DNA of 64,000 nt from Vicinamibacterales bacterium (GCA_035281225.1 DATEEI010000117.1:62720-126719), one strand, 5' to 3'; shown: positions 43,834 through 54,104, numbered from the stretch's first letter. Made by a program: numbers and translations. Notes: a model not told the origin generated them from the sequence alone.

Positions 43834-45600
43834 CTAAGGCACGCGGGACCTTATCGTCTCGCTCTCAGTCTGGCGCGTCGGATTCTCCAGATCGTACAAA
43901 TCGGCGCGAGTACTTCCGTAGTACGTGGCAACAGGCGTGAAACGTAGAGCGCCGATTCGTGACTGGCCTGAAAATCTCTGAACAAACTGTGCTCGCTCCA
44001 CATCCTCCATTAAGAGGAAGGGTTTGTACCCGTTTGATGTGAGAAACACCAACGAGCGGTCGAGCCACTCAGGAGGGAGCCAGTCCCAACGGAACGTCAA
44101 CCGGCCCGAGTAATACCGGATGCTGCCAGAGTGAAGGATCGAGAACACGATGGCATTCCGTGGGAGCTGCTCGTGCACATACTGACCAATCACCGCAAAC
44201 CGCCGATCGTGCGGCCGGACCGGCTTGAAGCCAGCCACATCCCACCGCCAAGCCAGAAACACGACGAAACATGCGACGAGAAGAAACTTCGAAGGAAATG
44301 AATTCAACCGCTCGCCGACGTACGAAACAGCTACGGCGCAAAGCAGTAAGCACAGCGCTATCGCCGGCAGCAGAAACCGCAAGAACGTCCAGTTATCAAA
44401 TGGAATGTAGGAGGCATAACAACCGTACAAGACCGCCGCAAACGCCACGAACAGGTTTGAGAATCTTCGTTGGTGGCCTTCACGTCGCCTCAGCAGGAAC
44501 CACCCAACAGCGGCGAGCACGATAAAAGGCGTTTCCATGTCGAGGAGCCACCTGGAGTACTGCGAGAGATTCGTCCAGAAATATTCGACACTGAACAAGA
44601 CCGACATGTCGCCGTATCCGGATGAAAGAGGCGAACCATAAAGCCTGGCGTTCACGACGGCGACACCGATGCACCCGGGAACAACCCCCGCAGCAAACAT
44701 GCACGCGTTCAACAAGCCGCGACGTCGTCTTTCCGCCGAGTAGAACAGCACAAAGATCCCAAGTAGAAGAGCTAGTGGGACAAGATTCGGCCTGGTGAGG
44801 AGCGCGGCCGATGTGGCGAAGCCTGCCGCAATAGTGGACGCAGGCGTGGTCCTCGAGGCAAGGAGTATCGCAAGGAGCCACCATGCCGTGACCGGCACAT
44901 CGCTCATCGGCTCTTTCAGGTGGAACAGGAATACCGGGCTCGTCAGCAACAAGGCGGCGGTCGCGAGGCCGCACGCCTCGCCACCAACGCGCCGTCCAAG
45001 CAGGAATGCCGTGACGATTGCCACACCGCCAAGCAGTGGCACGACAAAGAACGGACCGTCCCTACCGAAGAGCACGAGCATGCCTCCCATGAGCAGGGGG
45101 AGGCCAGGGGGATACGTTGGCACGATCGTTCCACGTTCCAGGCCGGGACGGTATCCAAGCGGCGAAAACGTCCACTCCGTTTCAGGCCAGGGCGCACGAA
45201 GAGAAAGGGGTTCGTGCTGAACGAGAGCGCCGGACACCCACAAGTGGGCTTGACTGACGTATCCATACACATCTGCGCCAACCACCTCGAACGCAGACAC
45301 GCGAAAAGCCATGACAACGGTGACTGCGGCGAGGGCAATCGCGACGGCCGTGGCGTGCTGCAGTATCTGAGACGCAATTCTTGTGAGCGTCTGTTGGCGC
45401 AATTCAGAGCGGTACAGCAAGAACGCACTGGCGACAACGGCGACGATCGCCGGGCGCCAGAGTGTCTGGGATGAGAGCCGAATGCCGTACGCCGATGTGT
45501 AGACGCCCGAGCCGAACACCGCGATGAACGCAAGGATGGCGCTTGCGACAATAGCGATCAGGGAAATTGAATCAATCAGCCTGGAACGAAGGGAAGGCAT
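43834..45600 (-). CDS. Polytopic GT-C-type (GT39/ArnT-like) membrane glycosyltransferase candidate
   Basis: 588 aa, more than 12 TM plus a soluble C-terminal domain. The overall architecture resembles PMT/ArnT-like enzymes, but I saw no diagnostic motif. Confidence 0.45.
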   Translation of the reverse strand: MPSLRSRLIDSISLIAIVASAILAFIAVFGSGVYTSAYGIRLSSQTLWRPAIVAVVASAFLLYRSELRQQTLTRIASQILQHATAVAIALAAVTVVMAFRVSAFEVVGADVYGYVSQAHLWVSGALVQHEPLSLRAPWPETEWTFSPLGYRPGLERGTIVPTYPPGLPLLMGGMLVLFGRDGPFFVVPLLGGVAIVTAFLLGRRVGGEACGLATAALLLTSPVFLFHLKEPMSDVPVTAWWLLAILLASRTTPASTIAAGFATSAALLTRPNLVPLALLLGIFVLFYSAERRRRGLLNACMFAAGVVPGCIGVAVVNARLYGSPLSSGYGDMSVLFSVEYFWTNLSQYSRWLLDMETPFIVLAAVGWFLLRRREGHQRRFSNLFVAFAAVLYGCYASYIPFDNWTFLRFLLPAIALCLLLCAVAVSYVGERLNSFPSKFLLVACFVVFLAWRWDVAGFKPVRPHDRRFAVIGQYVHEQLPRNAIVFSILHSGSIRYYSGRLTFRWDWLPPEWLDRSLVFLTSNGYKPFLLMEDVERAQFVQRFSGQSRIGALRFTPVATYYGSTRADLYDLENPTRQTESETIRSRVP

Positions 45601-45681
45601 GTGGGAGTGTGGAACGCTGCGCCGGCAACTCTACCATGGTCGGGATCTTGACGAATTGGCAGAGAGTGGTAACGTCAGGGA

Positions 45682-46185
45682 ATGACACTCTCGCAATTAT
45701 TTCTTGAAGAGCTCGATCGCGAAAGTCCACGCACACGCCGCGCGCTCGCGCAAGTACCGCTTGGCCGTGATGACTGGACACCGCATCCGAAGTCGATGCC
45801 ACTGGGGCGTCTGGCAGGGTTGGTCGCCGCGATGCCGTCGTGGGTAACGCTCATCATCGGACAGGACGAGCTGGATCTCACACCGCCCGGCGCCGGCCAG
45901 TCCAAACAACCCACCATCGACACGCTGGTGGAGATTCACGACGGGCACGTGACGAAGGCACGCGAGTCGCTCTCCAAGACCACCGATGACTTCCTCATGA
46001 CGACGAGCTGGCGCCTGCGTGCGGGTGGAAAAGTCGTAATGGAGGCGCCGAGACATGTCGTCTTACGCGACACGCTCAACCATCTGGCCCACCATCGGGG
46101 ACAGCTCACGGTGTATCTGCGGCTCAACGATCGCACGGTGCCCGCCATCTATGGGCCGTCTGCCGACGACCAGCAATTTGCGTAG
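45682..46185 (+). CDS. DinB-family protein
   Basis: 167 aa; 'LRDTLNHLAHHRGQLTVYLRL' is the characteristic DinB His-rich helix. Confidence 0.85.
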   Translation: MTLSQLFLEELDRESPRTRRALAQVPLGRDDWTPHPKSMPLGRLAGLVAAMPSWVTLIIGQDELDLTPPGAGQSKQPTIDTLVEIHDGHVTKARESLSKTTDDFLMTTSWRLRAGGKVVMEAPRHVVLRDTLNHLAHHRGQLTVYLRLNDRTVPAIYGPSADDQQFA

Positions 46186-46231
46186 TTTGGCACTGGTGGC
46201 CTGAGGAAATCCGCCCGATAAGGGGTCTGAG

Positions 46232-46963
46232 ATGGCTATGACCAGGCCTCATGCGAGCGCGCCGAGATTTCGTCGTCAATGGCGAGGGTACGACCGTACA
46301 GAGGTCGATGCATTCCTCGCAGCGACGGCTGCCGATCGAGAGCGGCTTCGGGACAACCTGAAACGGATTGAAGACCTGCTCGCCACCTGCGAGCGGCCCG
46401 CCACGAAGACGACCCATTCGTACTCAGAAAGCTCGGAGCCTAATTTTCTATCGGAGCCGTCGAGCCCAATCCGGACTGATAGACGGCGCCGCACGCTGTT
46501 GACTCTGGCGTTTGCCGCCGCGTGCGTCTCCGTTGTCGTCGCGCTGAATTCCCGGGTGGACTCTGATACGCCAAGCGCTGTTGAGCGCGTGAACACCCCG
46601 ACGGCCACCGCACCCGCGTCCAGGTCACGTCTCGCACAGACATTGCCGGCGAAGACACAGGCGTCGCCACTGCAAACCGCTGCACCACACGCGGCCGACC
46701 TCACCATGACCCTCGCGGCTCAACGGGCGTGCTGGATCAGTACGCTGGTCGACGGTGCACAGCCCATGGAGCGTCTCCTCAAGCCGGGTGAATCGTTGAT
46801 GCTGCACGCTCGCGAGGAAGTCCTCCTCAAGATTGGCGACGCTGGCGCGGTGTCGCTGGTCATCAACAACCGCTCTGCGAAGCCGCTCGGCCGCGATGGC
46901 GAGGTGGTCACCAAGCGAATCAAGCGCACGAACTATTCAAGCTTTTTGAACGATTCGTTCTAA
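46232..46963 (+). CDS. DivIVA-N-like / TM / DUF4115 (RodZ C-terminal domain) protein
   Basis: 'FRRQWRGYDRTEVDAFLAA' (DivIVA-domain start), TM 'LLTLAFAAACVSVVVAL', C-terminal 'CWISTLVDGAQPMERLLKPGESL...IGDAGAVSLVINN' DUF4115-like. Confidence 0.65.
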   Translation: MAMTRPHASAPRFRRQWRGYDRTEVDAFLAATAADRERLRDNLKRIEDLLATCERPATKTTHSYSESSEPNFLSEPSSPIRTDRRRRTLLTLAFAAACVSVVVALNSRVDSDTPSAVERVNTPTATAPASRSRLAQTLPAKTQASPLQTAAPHAADLTMTLAAQRACWISTLVDGAQPMERLLKPGESLMLHAREEVLLKIGDAGAVSLVINNRSAKPLGRDGEVVTKRIKRTNYSSFLNDSF

Positions 46964-46983
46964 AGTTTGGTCGACAGGTCTGA

Positions 46984-49230
46984 ATGGCTGGTAACGCAGC
47001 TCGTAGCACCACACTCCGGCGATGGGTCCTTCGCCGGTGGGTGCCCTATGCGCTCTTCGCCTTTGCCTGCATCCTTTCTCTCGCGGCCACCTGGTACGTC
47101 TCCTCCGCGACCGAGGCCCAGCTTCGCGCGACCTATCAGTCGGACCAGGCGCGATTCCTGACCGAGGCAGAGAAAACACGCGAACAAATTCAGGTCAGGC
47201 TGAACACCAACATCGAGCTCATCCGTGCGGGAGCGGCCCTGCTGGCGGCCAGTAACGAAATCAGCCAGGTGGAATTTCGCACCTTCGTCGCCGGCTTGCA
47301 GTTGCGCGAGCGCTACACCGGCATGGAAGCCATCGGCTTTGCTCAACGTGTCCGGCACCGGCAACTGCGAAGGTTCCGCATTGCGGTCGAACGTGACGGC
47401 ATAAGAAGTCTTCGTGGATGGCACCCTCCTCCACAACCGGAGTACTACCCGGTGCTGTTCCTCGAGCCTCGCGGTGAAATCAGCCGGACGATTCTCGGCC
47501 ACGACATTTCCACCGACCCTACGATCGAGGAGGCTATGAAGCGGGCCGCCGATACCGGGCAGCCCGCGGCATCGGGCAAGCTGAACACGGCCTCCTCTTT
47601 CGATCGCGAAGACGAGGGCACGTTTGTCGTCCTCGTTCCGGTCTACCGGATAGGAATGCTGTTGGATACGGTCGAGGATCGACGGCGAGCGCTGTTCGGG
47701 TTCGTCTTCAGTCCGTTCAGCGCCTCGAAGCTGTTTCAGCAGGTCGTTGCAAATATCTCCCCTGCAATCGTGTTCGAGGTGTACGACGGCAAAGTCGCCA
47801 GCAAGGCGAACCTGCTGGGCGATCGCGCTCACAACACACACGCTGGAGCCTACCAGTCGGCCGATATCGTGAGCGCCGTCGGCCGGCCATGGCTGGTGGT
47901 GGTGAGATCCACGGAGGCCCCCGTCGCCGTGGGACCACGGCCGGCAGTCGGCACGTTGTTCGGAGGGTTGCTTTTCTCGCTGCTACTGCTGCTGATCACA
48001 CGGGGCCAAGTGCGTGCGTGGGAGACCTCTGCCCGACAGGAGATGGAGCTTCGAGCGTCTCAGGCCTCGCTTCGTGAACGAGAAGTGCAGGCGCAGGCCG
48101 CCGACCGCGCGAAGGATGAATTCCTCGCCACGCTCTCGCACGAGCTCCGCACGCCGCTGAATGCCATCCTGGGATGGGTGACGATGATGCGCAGCGGATC
48201 GGTACGTGCGGAACGGCAGGCTCATGCCCTCGCAGTGATCGAGCGCAACGCTCGTCTGCAGTCGGAGCTGATCGAAGACCTCCTCGACATCTCCCGCATC
48301 GTGATGGGAAAGGTCCGGCTCCGTCTGCGGCCAATCGCCATCGCCCCAATCGTGACAGCCGCGGTCGAATCACTGCGCCCGGGCGCAGAAGCAAAAGATG
48401 TCCAGCTTCAAGCGCCTCCGCCTGCAGACACGCTCGTCATCCGCGCCGACCCGGAGCGCGTGCAGCAGATCGTCTGGAACCTGGTGTCCAACGCCATCAA
48501 GTTCACGCCTCCAGGTGGCCGCGTTGACGTCGAGCTCACGAGAGACCAATCGCATGTCCATCTGTCGGTGCAAGATACCGGCATCGGCATCGCGCCGGAA
48601 TTCCTTCCGCACGTATTCGAGCGGTTTCGTCAGGCTGACAGTTCCACCACCCGTCCCCATAGTGGGCTAGGCCTCGGCCTGGCGATCGTGCGTCACCTTG
48701 CGGCTCTGCACGGCGGATCCATCGAAGCATTCAGTGACGGTCACGACCGTGGTTCCCGCTTCGTCATTCACTTTCCGGTGGCGGCGATGACAAGCGCCGA
48801 CGCCCTCGCAGCCCTCAACGCGCACGATGTCGTACCGTCCGCGACGCTCGATGGCGTCCGGATCATTGTCGTGGACGACGATGCAGGCACGCGGGAGCTG
48901 CTGAGCGAGGCTCTGAGTACTGCAGGCGCTCACGTGGTAACGGCCGAGTCGACGGCGCAGGCGCTGGAACTGCTCACCCGCGACGGCGCCGACATGCTGA
49001 TCAGCGATATCGCGATGCCAGAAGAGGATGGGCTTTCGCTCATACGCCGGGTCCGGGCCCTGTCGTCGGACATCGCTCGTATTCCGGCCATCGCGCTCAC
49101 CGCGTTCGCCCGCGCGGAAGACCGCACTCGCGCCATCGAGGCTGGATATGACATGCATCTGGCAAAGCCCGTGGAATTGAGCGAGCTGCAGGCGGCGGTG
49201 GCAGAGCTCGTACAGGCAAACGCCGGCTAA
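46984..49230 (+). CDS. CHASE-domain hybrid sensor histidine kinase/response regulator
   Basis: TM; CHASE-like periplasmic region ('EFRTFVAGLQLRERYTGMEAIGFAQRV'); 'DEFLATLSHELRTPLNAILGW'; HATPase; receiver 'IIVVDDDAGTRE...LISDIAMPEEDG'. Confidence 0.85.
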   Translation: MAGNAARSTTLRRWVLRRWVPYALFAFACILSLAATWYVSSATEAQLRATYQSDQARFLTEAEKTREQIQVRLNTNIELIRAGAALLAASNEISQVEFRTFVAGLQLRERYTGMEAIGFAQRVRHRQLRRFRIAVERDGIRSLRGWHPPPQPEYYPVLFLEPRGEISRTILGHDISTDPTIEEAMKRAADTGQPAASGKLNTASSFDREDEGTFVVLVPVYRIGMLLDTVEDRRRALFGFVFSPFSASKLFQQVVANISPAIVFEVYDGKVASKANLLGDRAHNTHAGAYQSADIVSAVGRPWLVVVRSTEAPVAVGPRPAVGTLFGGLLFSLLLLLITRGQVRAWETSARQEMELRASQASLREREVQAQAADRAKDEFLATLSHELRTPLNAILGWVTMMRSGSVRAERQAHALAVIERNARLQSELIEDLLDISRIVMGKVRLRLRPIAIAPIVTAAVESLRPGAEAKDVQLQAPPPADTLVIRADPERVQQIVWNLVSNAIKFTPPGGRVDVELTRDQSHVHLSVQDTGIGIAPEFLPHVFERFRQADSSTTRPHSGLGLGLAIVRHLAALHGGSIEAFSDGHDRGSRFVIHFPVAAMTSADALAALNAHDVVPSATLDGVRIIVVDDDAGTRELLSEALSTAGAHVVTAESTAQALELLTRDGADMLISDIAMPEEDGLSLIRRVRALSSDIARIPAIALTAFARAEDRTRAIEAGYDMHLAKPVELSELQAAVAELVQANAG

Positions 49231-49366
49231 CGGCGATCACAAAACTGTGCGCTCCCACAAGAATTTCGTCAGTCCGATTGCAACTCTGAACACTGTTCTC
49301 ACAGATCTGCATAAGGGTTTCTGAAGATTTTCTGCGGCACGTTCCTTGCCCTCCCTTTCAAACTTC

Positions 49367-50035
49367 ATGATGCAGGTCCTGATCGTCGGCACGAGCGCGG
49401 AACGGTCCGCCGCCACGGTGAATCTTCTGAAAAGCGCCGGCCACGACGTCATCGGTGCGACTAGCTTCGGCGAAGCGGTGGCAGCTCTTGCGGCCTACTC
49501 ACCGGACCTCCTCATAACGGAGGTCCGCCTCGACGCATTCAATGGGTTGCAACTGGTCATCCGTTGTCACATCTCCCATCCCCGGATGCGCACGATCGTC
49601 ATCGATCGGGTTTACGATTCGGTGCTCGAGTTCGACGCACACCGGCACGGCGCGCTCTATCTCGTCGAACCTGTCGATGAAAGGGAATTGCTTACGCGGG
49701 TTTCTCGGATCCGGGCGGAGAGCACGCCGCATCGCCGCTGGCCACGCAAGCAACTGGGGGAAGGTTTACTCGTCGCACGCGTGGCACATGGGCCCGCGCG
49801 CGTTGTCGACTTGAGTTATGGCGGCCTGCGCCTCGAACTACCGGAGCCTGCCGATGTGGCGTCAGGATTCCAGGTCCCGCTTCCCGGGTTCGGCAGGTCC
49901 ATCCATGCCAAACCGGTCTGGACCTCTCCCGCGCCGTCCGGCTGGTTCTGGTGCGGCGCCAGACTCTCTGAAGACAACCTCGAAACTGTTTCCGTCTGGC
50001 GCAAGCTCGTCGACTCCGTTCACCACGCAACGTAG
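49367..50035 (+). CDS. Degenerate receiver (pseudo-REC) - PilZ domain protein
   Basis: Start at the ATG at 49367. REC fold with 'VLIVGTS' and 'LLITEVRL' (acidic pocket and phospho-Asp replaced). PilZ motifs 'RRWPR' and 'DLSYGG'. Confidence 0.7.
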   Translation: MMQVLIVGTSAERSAATVNLLKSAGHDVIGATSFGEAVAALAAYSPDLLITEVRLDAFNGLQLVIRCHISHPRMRTIVIDRVYDSVLEFDAHRHGALYLVEPVDERELLTRVSRIRAESTPHRRWPRKQLGEGLLVARVAHGPARVVDLSYGGLRLELPEPADVASGFQVPLPGFGRSIHAKPVWTSPAPSGWFWCGARLSEDNLETVSVWRKLVDSVHHAT

Positions 50036-50067
50036 CATCAGTACCAAACGGCGTACACTCCAAAGCC

Positions 50068-51069
50068 GTGCACCTGCAGATCGCGCTCCTTCTGCTGTTC
50101 GCCACGACCTCTCCAGCCACGGCGCAAGTCCTGGATCTGTCACCACTCGAGACGACCTTCAACCGCATTGCAAACAGCGCGCGCGCGAAGATCGGCGTTG
50201 CGCTGATTCATCTCGAATCAGGACGGCTCATCGTGATTCGAGGAGACGAACGTTTTCCGATGGCGAGCGTGGTGAAGCTGCCGATCGCAATCGAGGTGCT
50301 GGCACAAATTTCCGAGGGCAAGCTCTCGCTCGATCGACAGGTCTGGATCGGACCGAGCGATATCCGGCCCTGCTGCACGCTGTCGCGACGCCATCCAAAC
50401 GGCGCCATATCGAGAACGGTGGGCGAGCTGCTCGAGCTGGCGTTGATCGAGAGCGACAACACGGCGGCCGATTCGCTGCTGGCGCTCGTGGGTGGACCGC
50501 CTCGGGTCGAGTGGCGGCTGCGCGCACTTGGTTTCACGACGATCAACGTGAACCGGTCCGAGGGGCAACTGCTCCTCGATATGGCCGGGGTTGTCGGCGC
50601 GCCGCCGCCGGAGCAATGGACGTTGGAACTTCAGAGGCGGCTGGTCGATGAAGTGTCGAAGGATGCCCTGAAAATCGGACGCGAGCGCTTCCTGCAGGAC
50701 GAGAGGGATACCGCCACTCCCTACGACATGGCCTTGTTGCTCGGCAGGCTTCAGCTCGGCAACCTGCTCCCTGCAGCCCAAACGAACGCGTTGTTGAATC
50801 TGATGTCTCGATCGAAAACCGGGCCACGAAGAATCAAGGGCCGTCTGCCGGCCGATACCCACGTGGCCCACAAGACGGGCACCACCACTGTCGTCATCAA
50901 TGACGTGGGGGTCATCACATTGCCGCCCGATAGCGCAATCGGCGGCCATCTGGTATTGAGCGTTTTCGTGACGAACGACTCCCACGTTACACGAATGGAG
51001 CGGGCGATTGCACAGCTCAGCGCCGCCGCGTTCGAGTACTTCACGGGAAAGACGATTTCGCCGCGCTAG
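50068..51069 (+). CDS. Class A beta-lactamase-like serine hydrolase
   Basis: GTG start; signal peptide; 'MASVVKLPIA' (SxxK), 'IESDNTAAD' (SDN), 'HKTGTT' (KTG). Confidence 0.75.
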   Translation: MHLQIALLLLFATTSPATAQVLDLSPLETTFNRIANSARAKIGVALIHLESGRLIVIRGDERFPMASVVKLPIAIEVLAQISEGKLSLDRQVWIGPSDIRPCCTLSRRHPNGAISRTVGELLELALIESDNTAADSLLALVGGPPRVEWRLRALGFTTINVNRSEGQLLLDMAGVVGAPPPEQWTLELQRRLVDEVSKDALKIGRERFLQDERDTATPYDMALLLGRLQLGNLLPAAQTNALLNLMSRSKTGPRRIKGRLPADTHVAHKTGTTTVVINDVGVITLPPDSAIGGHLVLSVFVTNDSHVTRMERAIAQLSAAAFEYFTGKTISPR

Positions 51070-51080
51070 TGGCCCACTAG

Positions 51081-54000
51081 GTGTTTAACGGAAACGGCGT
51101 CATCATCTTGGGGATGCCCCGCGCAGCGCGATTCGTCGCGATTGGGACCATTGTCGGCCTGACGTATTTCCTCGCAGCACTGATTGGATTTCGGGCGGCA
51201 TTTGTCGCCGAGCAGGTCACGACCGTGTGGGCTCCCACCGGCATTGCGATGGCCGCGCTGCTACTGTGGGGAATCAGGCTCTGGCCGGCAATATGGCTCG
51301 CCGCCTTTGCCGCGAACGCATCGACGCAGCTGCCGCTATGGGCCGCTGCTGGCATCGCGACGGGAAATACGCTCGAAGCTGCGATAGCGGCAGGGGCACT
51401 TTCAGGACTGCGCAGCATCGACCCAGGGTTCAGACGAACACGCGACGTCGTCGCCTTCATCGTGATCGCCGTCGTCGCAAGCCCTGTCTTCAGCGCCAGC
51501 ATCGGCGTCACGATGCTCTGCGCTGTCGCCGAACCGTGGGCGCGTTATGGCGATCTCTGGCGAGAGTGGTGGGTGGGCGACGCTTTAGGTGCACTGATTG
51601 TAGCGCCGGCGATTCTGACGACGCTCCGCGCTCGCCGGCAAAGCTTGCAGCGCAAGCTGGATACGCTGGCGCTCGTGACGATCACCGCATGCATCACCGC
51701 TGTCGTATCCGGACGATTCTTTTCAGCCTCCATCGGCGACCCACCGCTCGCGTTCGCCATTTTTCCGTTGGTCATCCTGGCGGCCGTGCGGTTCGGACAA
51801 CCCGCTACGGCGCTCGTCACTCTTAGTACAGCCGCGGTCATGGTGTGGAACACCATGTCGGGTCACCGCGCACTCCTCACCATTGGCCCTCACGAAAACC
51901 TGCTGGTGGTGCATGCCTTCATGGGGGTGCTGGCGGGCAGCGGCCTGTTGCTCGCCGCGGCCACGACCGAGCGGCGTCTGCTTGAACAGCGCCGCGCCGC
52001 TGCGTATGCCGCGGGTAATGCCATCACCATCTCTTCCAGCGTCGAAGATGCGGCTCCGCGCATTCTGCAAGCGATCTGCTCCAGCCTCCGCTGGCAGGCT
52101 GGAGCATTCTGGATTGTCGATCCGGCGCGCGACAGGCTTCGCTGCATCGCGACGTGGGCGGAAGACGAAGCTCGATCGTCCACGTTCCTGACGGCTACGA
52201 GAGAAATGACCCCCACGGCCGGGGTCGGGCTACCCGGGTGTGTGTGGGCTGCCGGCGCCCCATCTTGGATTGAAGATGTCGTTCACGATCCGAATTTTCC
52301 CGGCGCCTCTGTTGCCAGACACGCGGGACTCCATGGCGCATTCGGCTTCCCCATCCGCCAGAACCAGCGCATCGCCGGCGTGGTCGAGTTTTTCAGCGAA
52401 TCGGTCGCCACGGTTGACCACGATCTGCTGGCCGCCATGACGGCCATCGGCCATCAGATCGGTGACTTTCTCAGCCGACGACATATCGAGTCGGCCGTGT
52501 CGGACCAACAAACTCGCACTCGCGCCATTCTGGAAACAGCGCTCGATGCCGTCATCAGCATGGATCACCAGGGACGCATCACGGAGTTCAACAGCGCAGC
52601 CGAGCGGATGTTCGGCTATTCCCGCGAACAGGCGATCGGCCAGGAGCTCGCGACACTCATCATCCCCAAGGCGTTGCGCGACGGGCACCGGGCGGGACTG
52701 CACACCTATCTGCTGTCCGGAACAGGGCCTTTTATCGATCGGCGCGTCGAGACGACCGCCGTGCGATCGGATGGTCACGAGTTTCCTGTGGAGGTATCGA
52801 TCACACGAGTCCCGACGGTGCCTCCCCTCTTCACGGGATTCGTCAGAGACGTCACAGACCGCGTGACGGCCGAGCTCGAACGTCGGGCGCTGCTCGAGGC
52901 CGAGCTCGCGGCACGTCTCGATGCGGAAGCCGCAAACCGGGCCAAAGACGAGTTTCTTGCCACGCTCTCGCACGAATTGCGTACGCCCTTGAACGCCATC
53001 ATCGGCTGGACGCGCATGCTGCTTGACGGCACGCTTGACGAGACCAGTGGACGCCGTGCGCTGACGATCATCGATCGCAATGCCCACGCCCAGGCCCAAC
53101 TGGTGACCGATCTCCTCGACGTTTCTCGTATCATCACCGGGAAGCTCTCCCTGAACCTTCGGCCGGTCGATCTCGGCTCCGTGATCGGCGCTGCGCTCGA
53201 TACCGTGCGACCCGCCGCCGACGCGAAACGGATTCGGCTCACATCGAAGCTGTCCGGCACTTCGAGGCTGACAAACGGCGACTTTCGGCGTCTCCAGCAA
53301 GTCGTCTTGAATCTCCTCTCCAACGCCATCAAGTTCACGCCGGAAGGCGGTGTCGTCGACGTGAAGTTGTCGGAATCGACGAACGGCAGGCTGCGATTGA
53401 CCGTCACCGACAGCGGCATCGGTATCGATCCAGCATTCCTCCCATACATCTTCGATCGCTTCCGCCAGGCTGACGGATCGTCAACGCGCCAGCACGGAGG
53501 GCTCGGGCTCGGTCTCTCGATTGTCCGCCACGTGGTCGAACAGCACGGCGGCACCGTCAGCGCCGAAAGCGACGGCCCGGGAAAAGGCAGCGCGCTGATC
53601 GTGGAACTGCCACTATTAGAGGATGACCCTACACTGGCCACCATCCTCGACACGACAGAGGAACGCCGATCGCGCGAGCTGCGGCCGCTGACAAATTGCC
53701 AGGTCGTCGTTGTGGACGACGACGAGGATGCCCGGCACCTGCTCGGGACGCTTCTGACGGCCGCGGGCGCGATGGTGCGCGAAGTCTCGTCGGTCGATGC
53801 CGCGATGTGCACGCTCGACGAACAGTCGGCTGATGTCGTGCTCACCGACGTCGGCCTTCCCGGCAAGGACGGCTACGCGCTGGTGCGCGAGCTGCGCGCG
53901 GCCGAGACCAGCGGATCGCGCACAAGAGTAGCCGCAGTAACGGCGTATGCGCGGGATGAAGATCGAGCGAGCCTCCTGGCGGCCGGTTTCGACGCCCACA

Positions 54001-54095
54001 TTGCAAAACCTGTCGACGTACGAATGGTCACTCAGACAGTCCTCGCGCTCTGGAAGGGACTGCCTCGTGTTGACATCGGCGGCCGACAAGCGTAG
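51081..54095 (+). CDS. MASE1-GAF-PAS hybrid sensor histidine kinase/response regulator
   Basis: N-terminal MASE1-like 8-TM region; GAF ('WQAGAFWIVD...'); PAS ('AILETALDAVISMDHQGRITEFNSAAERMFGY'); 'DEFLATLSHELRTPLNAIIGW'; HATPase; receiver 'VVVVDDDEDARH...VLTDVGLPGKDG'. Alternative start at 51114. Confidence 0.85.
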   Translation: MFNGNGVIILGMPRAARFVAIGTIVGLTYFLAALIGFRAAFVAEQVTTVWAPTGIAMAALLLWGIRLWPAIWLAAFAANASTQLPLWAAAGIATGNTLEAAIAAGALSGLRSIDPGFRRTRDVVAFIVIAVVASPVFSASIGVTMLCAVAEPWARYGDLWREWWVGDALGALIVAPAILTTLRARRQSLQRKLDTLALVTITACITAVVSGRFFSASIGDPPLAFAIFPLVILAAVRFGQPATALVTLSTAAVMVWNTMSGHRALLTIGPHENLLVVHAFMGVLAGSGLLLAAATTERRLLEQRRAAAYAAGNAITISSSVEDAAPRILQAICSSLRWQAGAFWIVDPARDRLRCIATWAEDEARSSTFLTATREMTPTAGVGLPGCVWAAGAPSWIEDVVHDPNFPGASVARHAGLHGAFGFPIRQNQRIAGVVEFFSESVATVDHDLLAAMTAIGHQIGDFLSRRHIESAVSDQQTRTRAILETALDAVISMDHQGRITEFNSAAERMFGYSREQAIGQELATLIIPKALRDGHRAGLHTYLLSGTGPFIDRRVETTAVRSDGHEFPVEVSITRVPTVPPLFTGFVRDVTDRVTAELERRALLEAELAARLDAEAANRAKDEFLATLSHELRTPLNAIIGWTRMLLDGTLDETSGRRALTIIDRNAHAQAQLVTDLLDVSRIITGKLSLNLRPVDLGSVIGAALDTVRPAADAKRIRLTSKLSGTSRLTNGDFRRLQQVVLNLLSNAIKFTPEGGVVDVKLSESTNGRLRLTVTDSGIGIDPAFLPYIFDRFRQADGSSTRQHGGLGLGLSIVRHVVEQHGGTVSAESDGPGKGSALIVELPLLEDDPTLATILDTTEERRSRELRPLTNCQVVVVDDDEDARHLLGTLLTAAGAMVREVSSVDAAMCTLDEQSADVVLTDVGLPGKDGYALVRELRAAETSGSRTRVAAVTAYARDEDRASLLAAGFDAHIAKPVDVRMVTQTVLALWKGLPRVDIGGRQA

Positions 54096-54098
54096 CTT
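54070..54098 (+). promoter_or_regulatory. Candidate promoter TTGACA-17-TAGCTT for the riboswitch-kimA transcript
   Basis: TTGACA 54070-54075, 17-bp spacer, TAGCTT 54093-54098 (contains the kinase stop TAG). The predicted TSS is just before the riboswitch. Confidence 0.4.
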
Positions 54099-54104
54099 GG
54101 CATC

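Noticed and set aside
43834-45600. Specific ArnT (L-Ara4N transferase) assignment for the polytopic protein
   Set aside because: Only the general GT-C-like architecture is visible. No diagnostic motif or arn neighbours, so it is kept generic.
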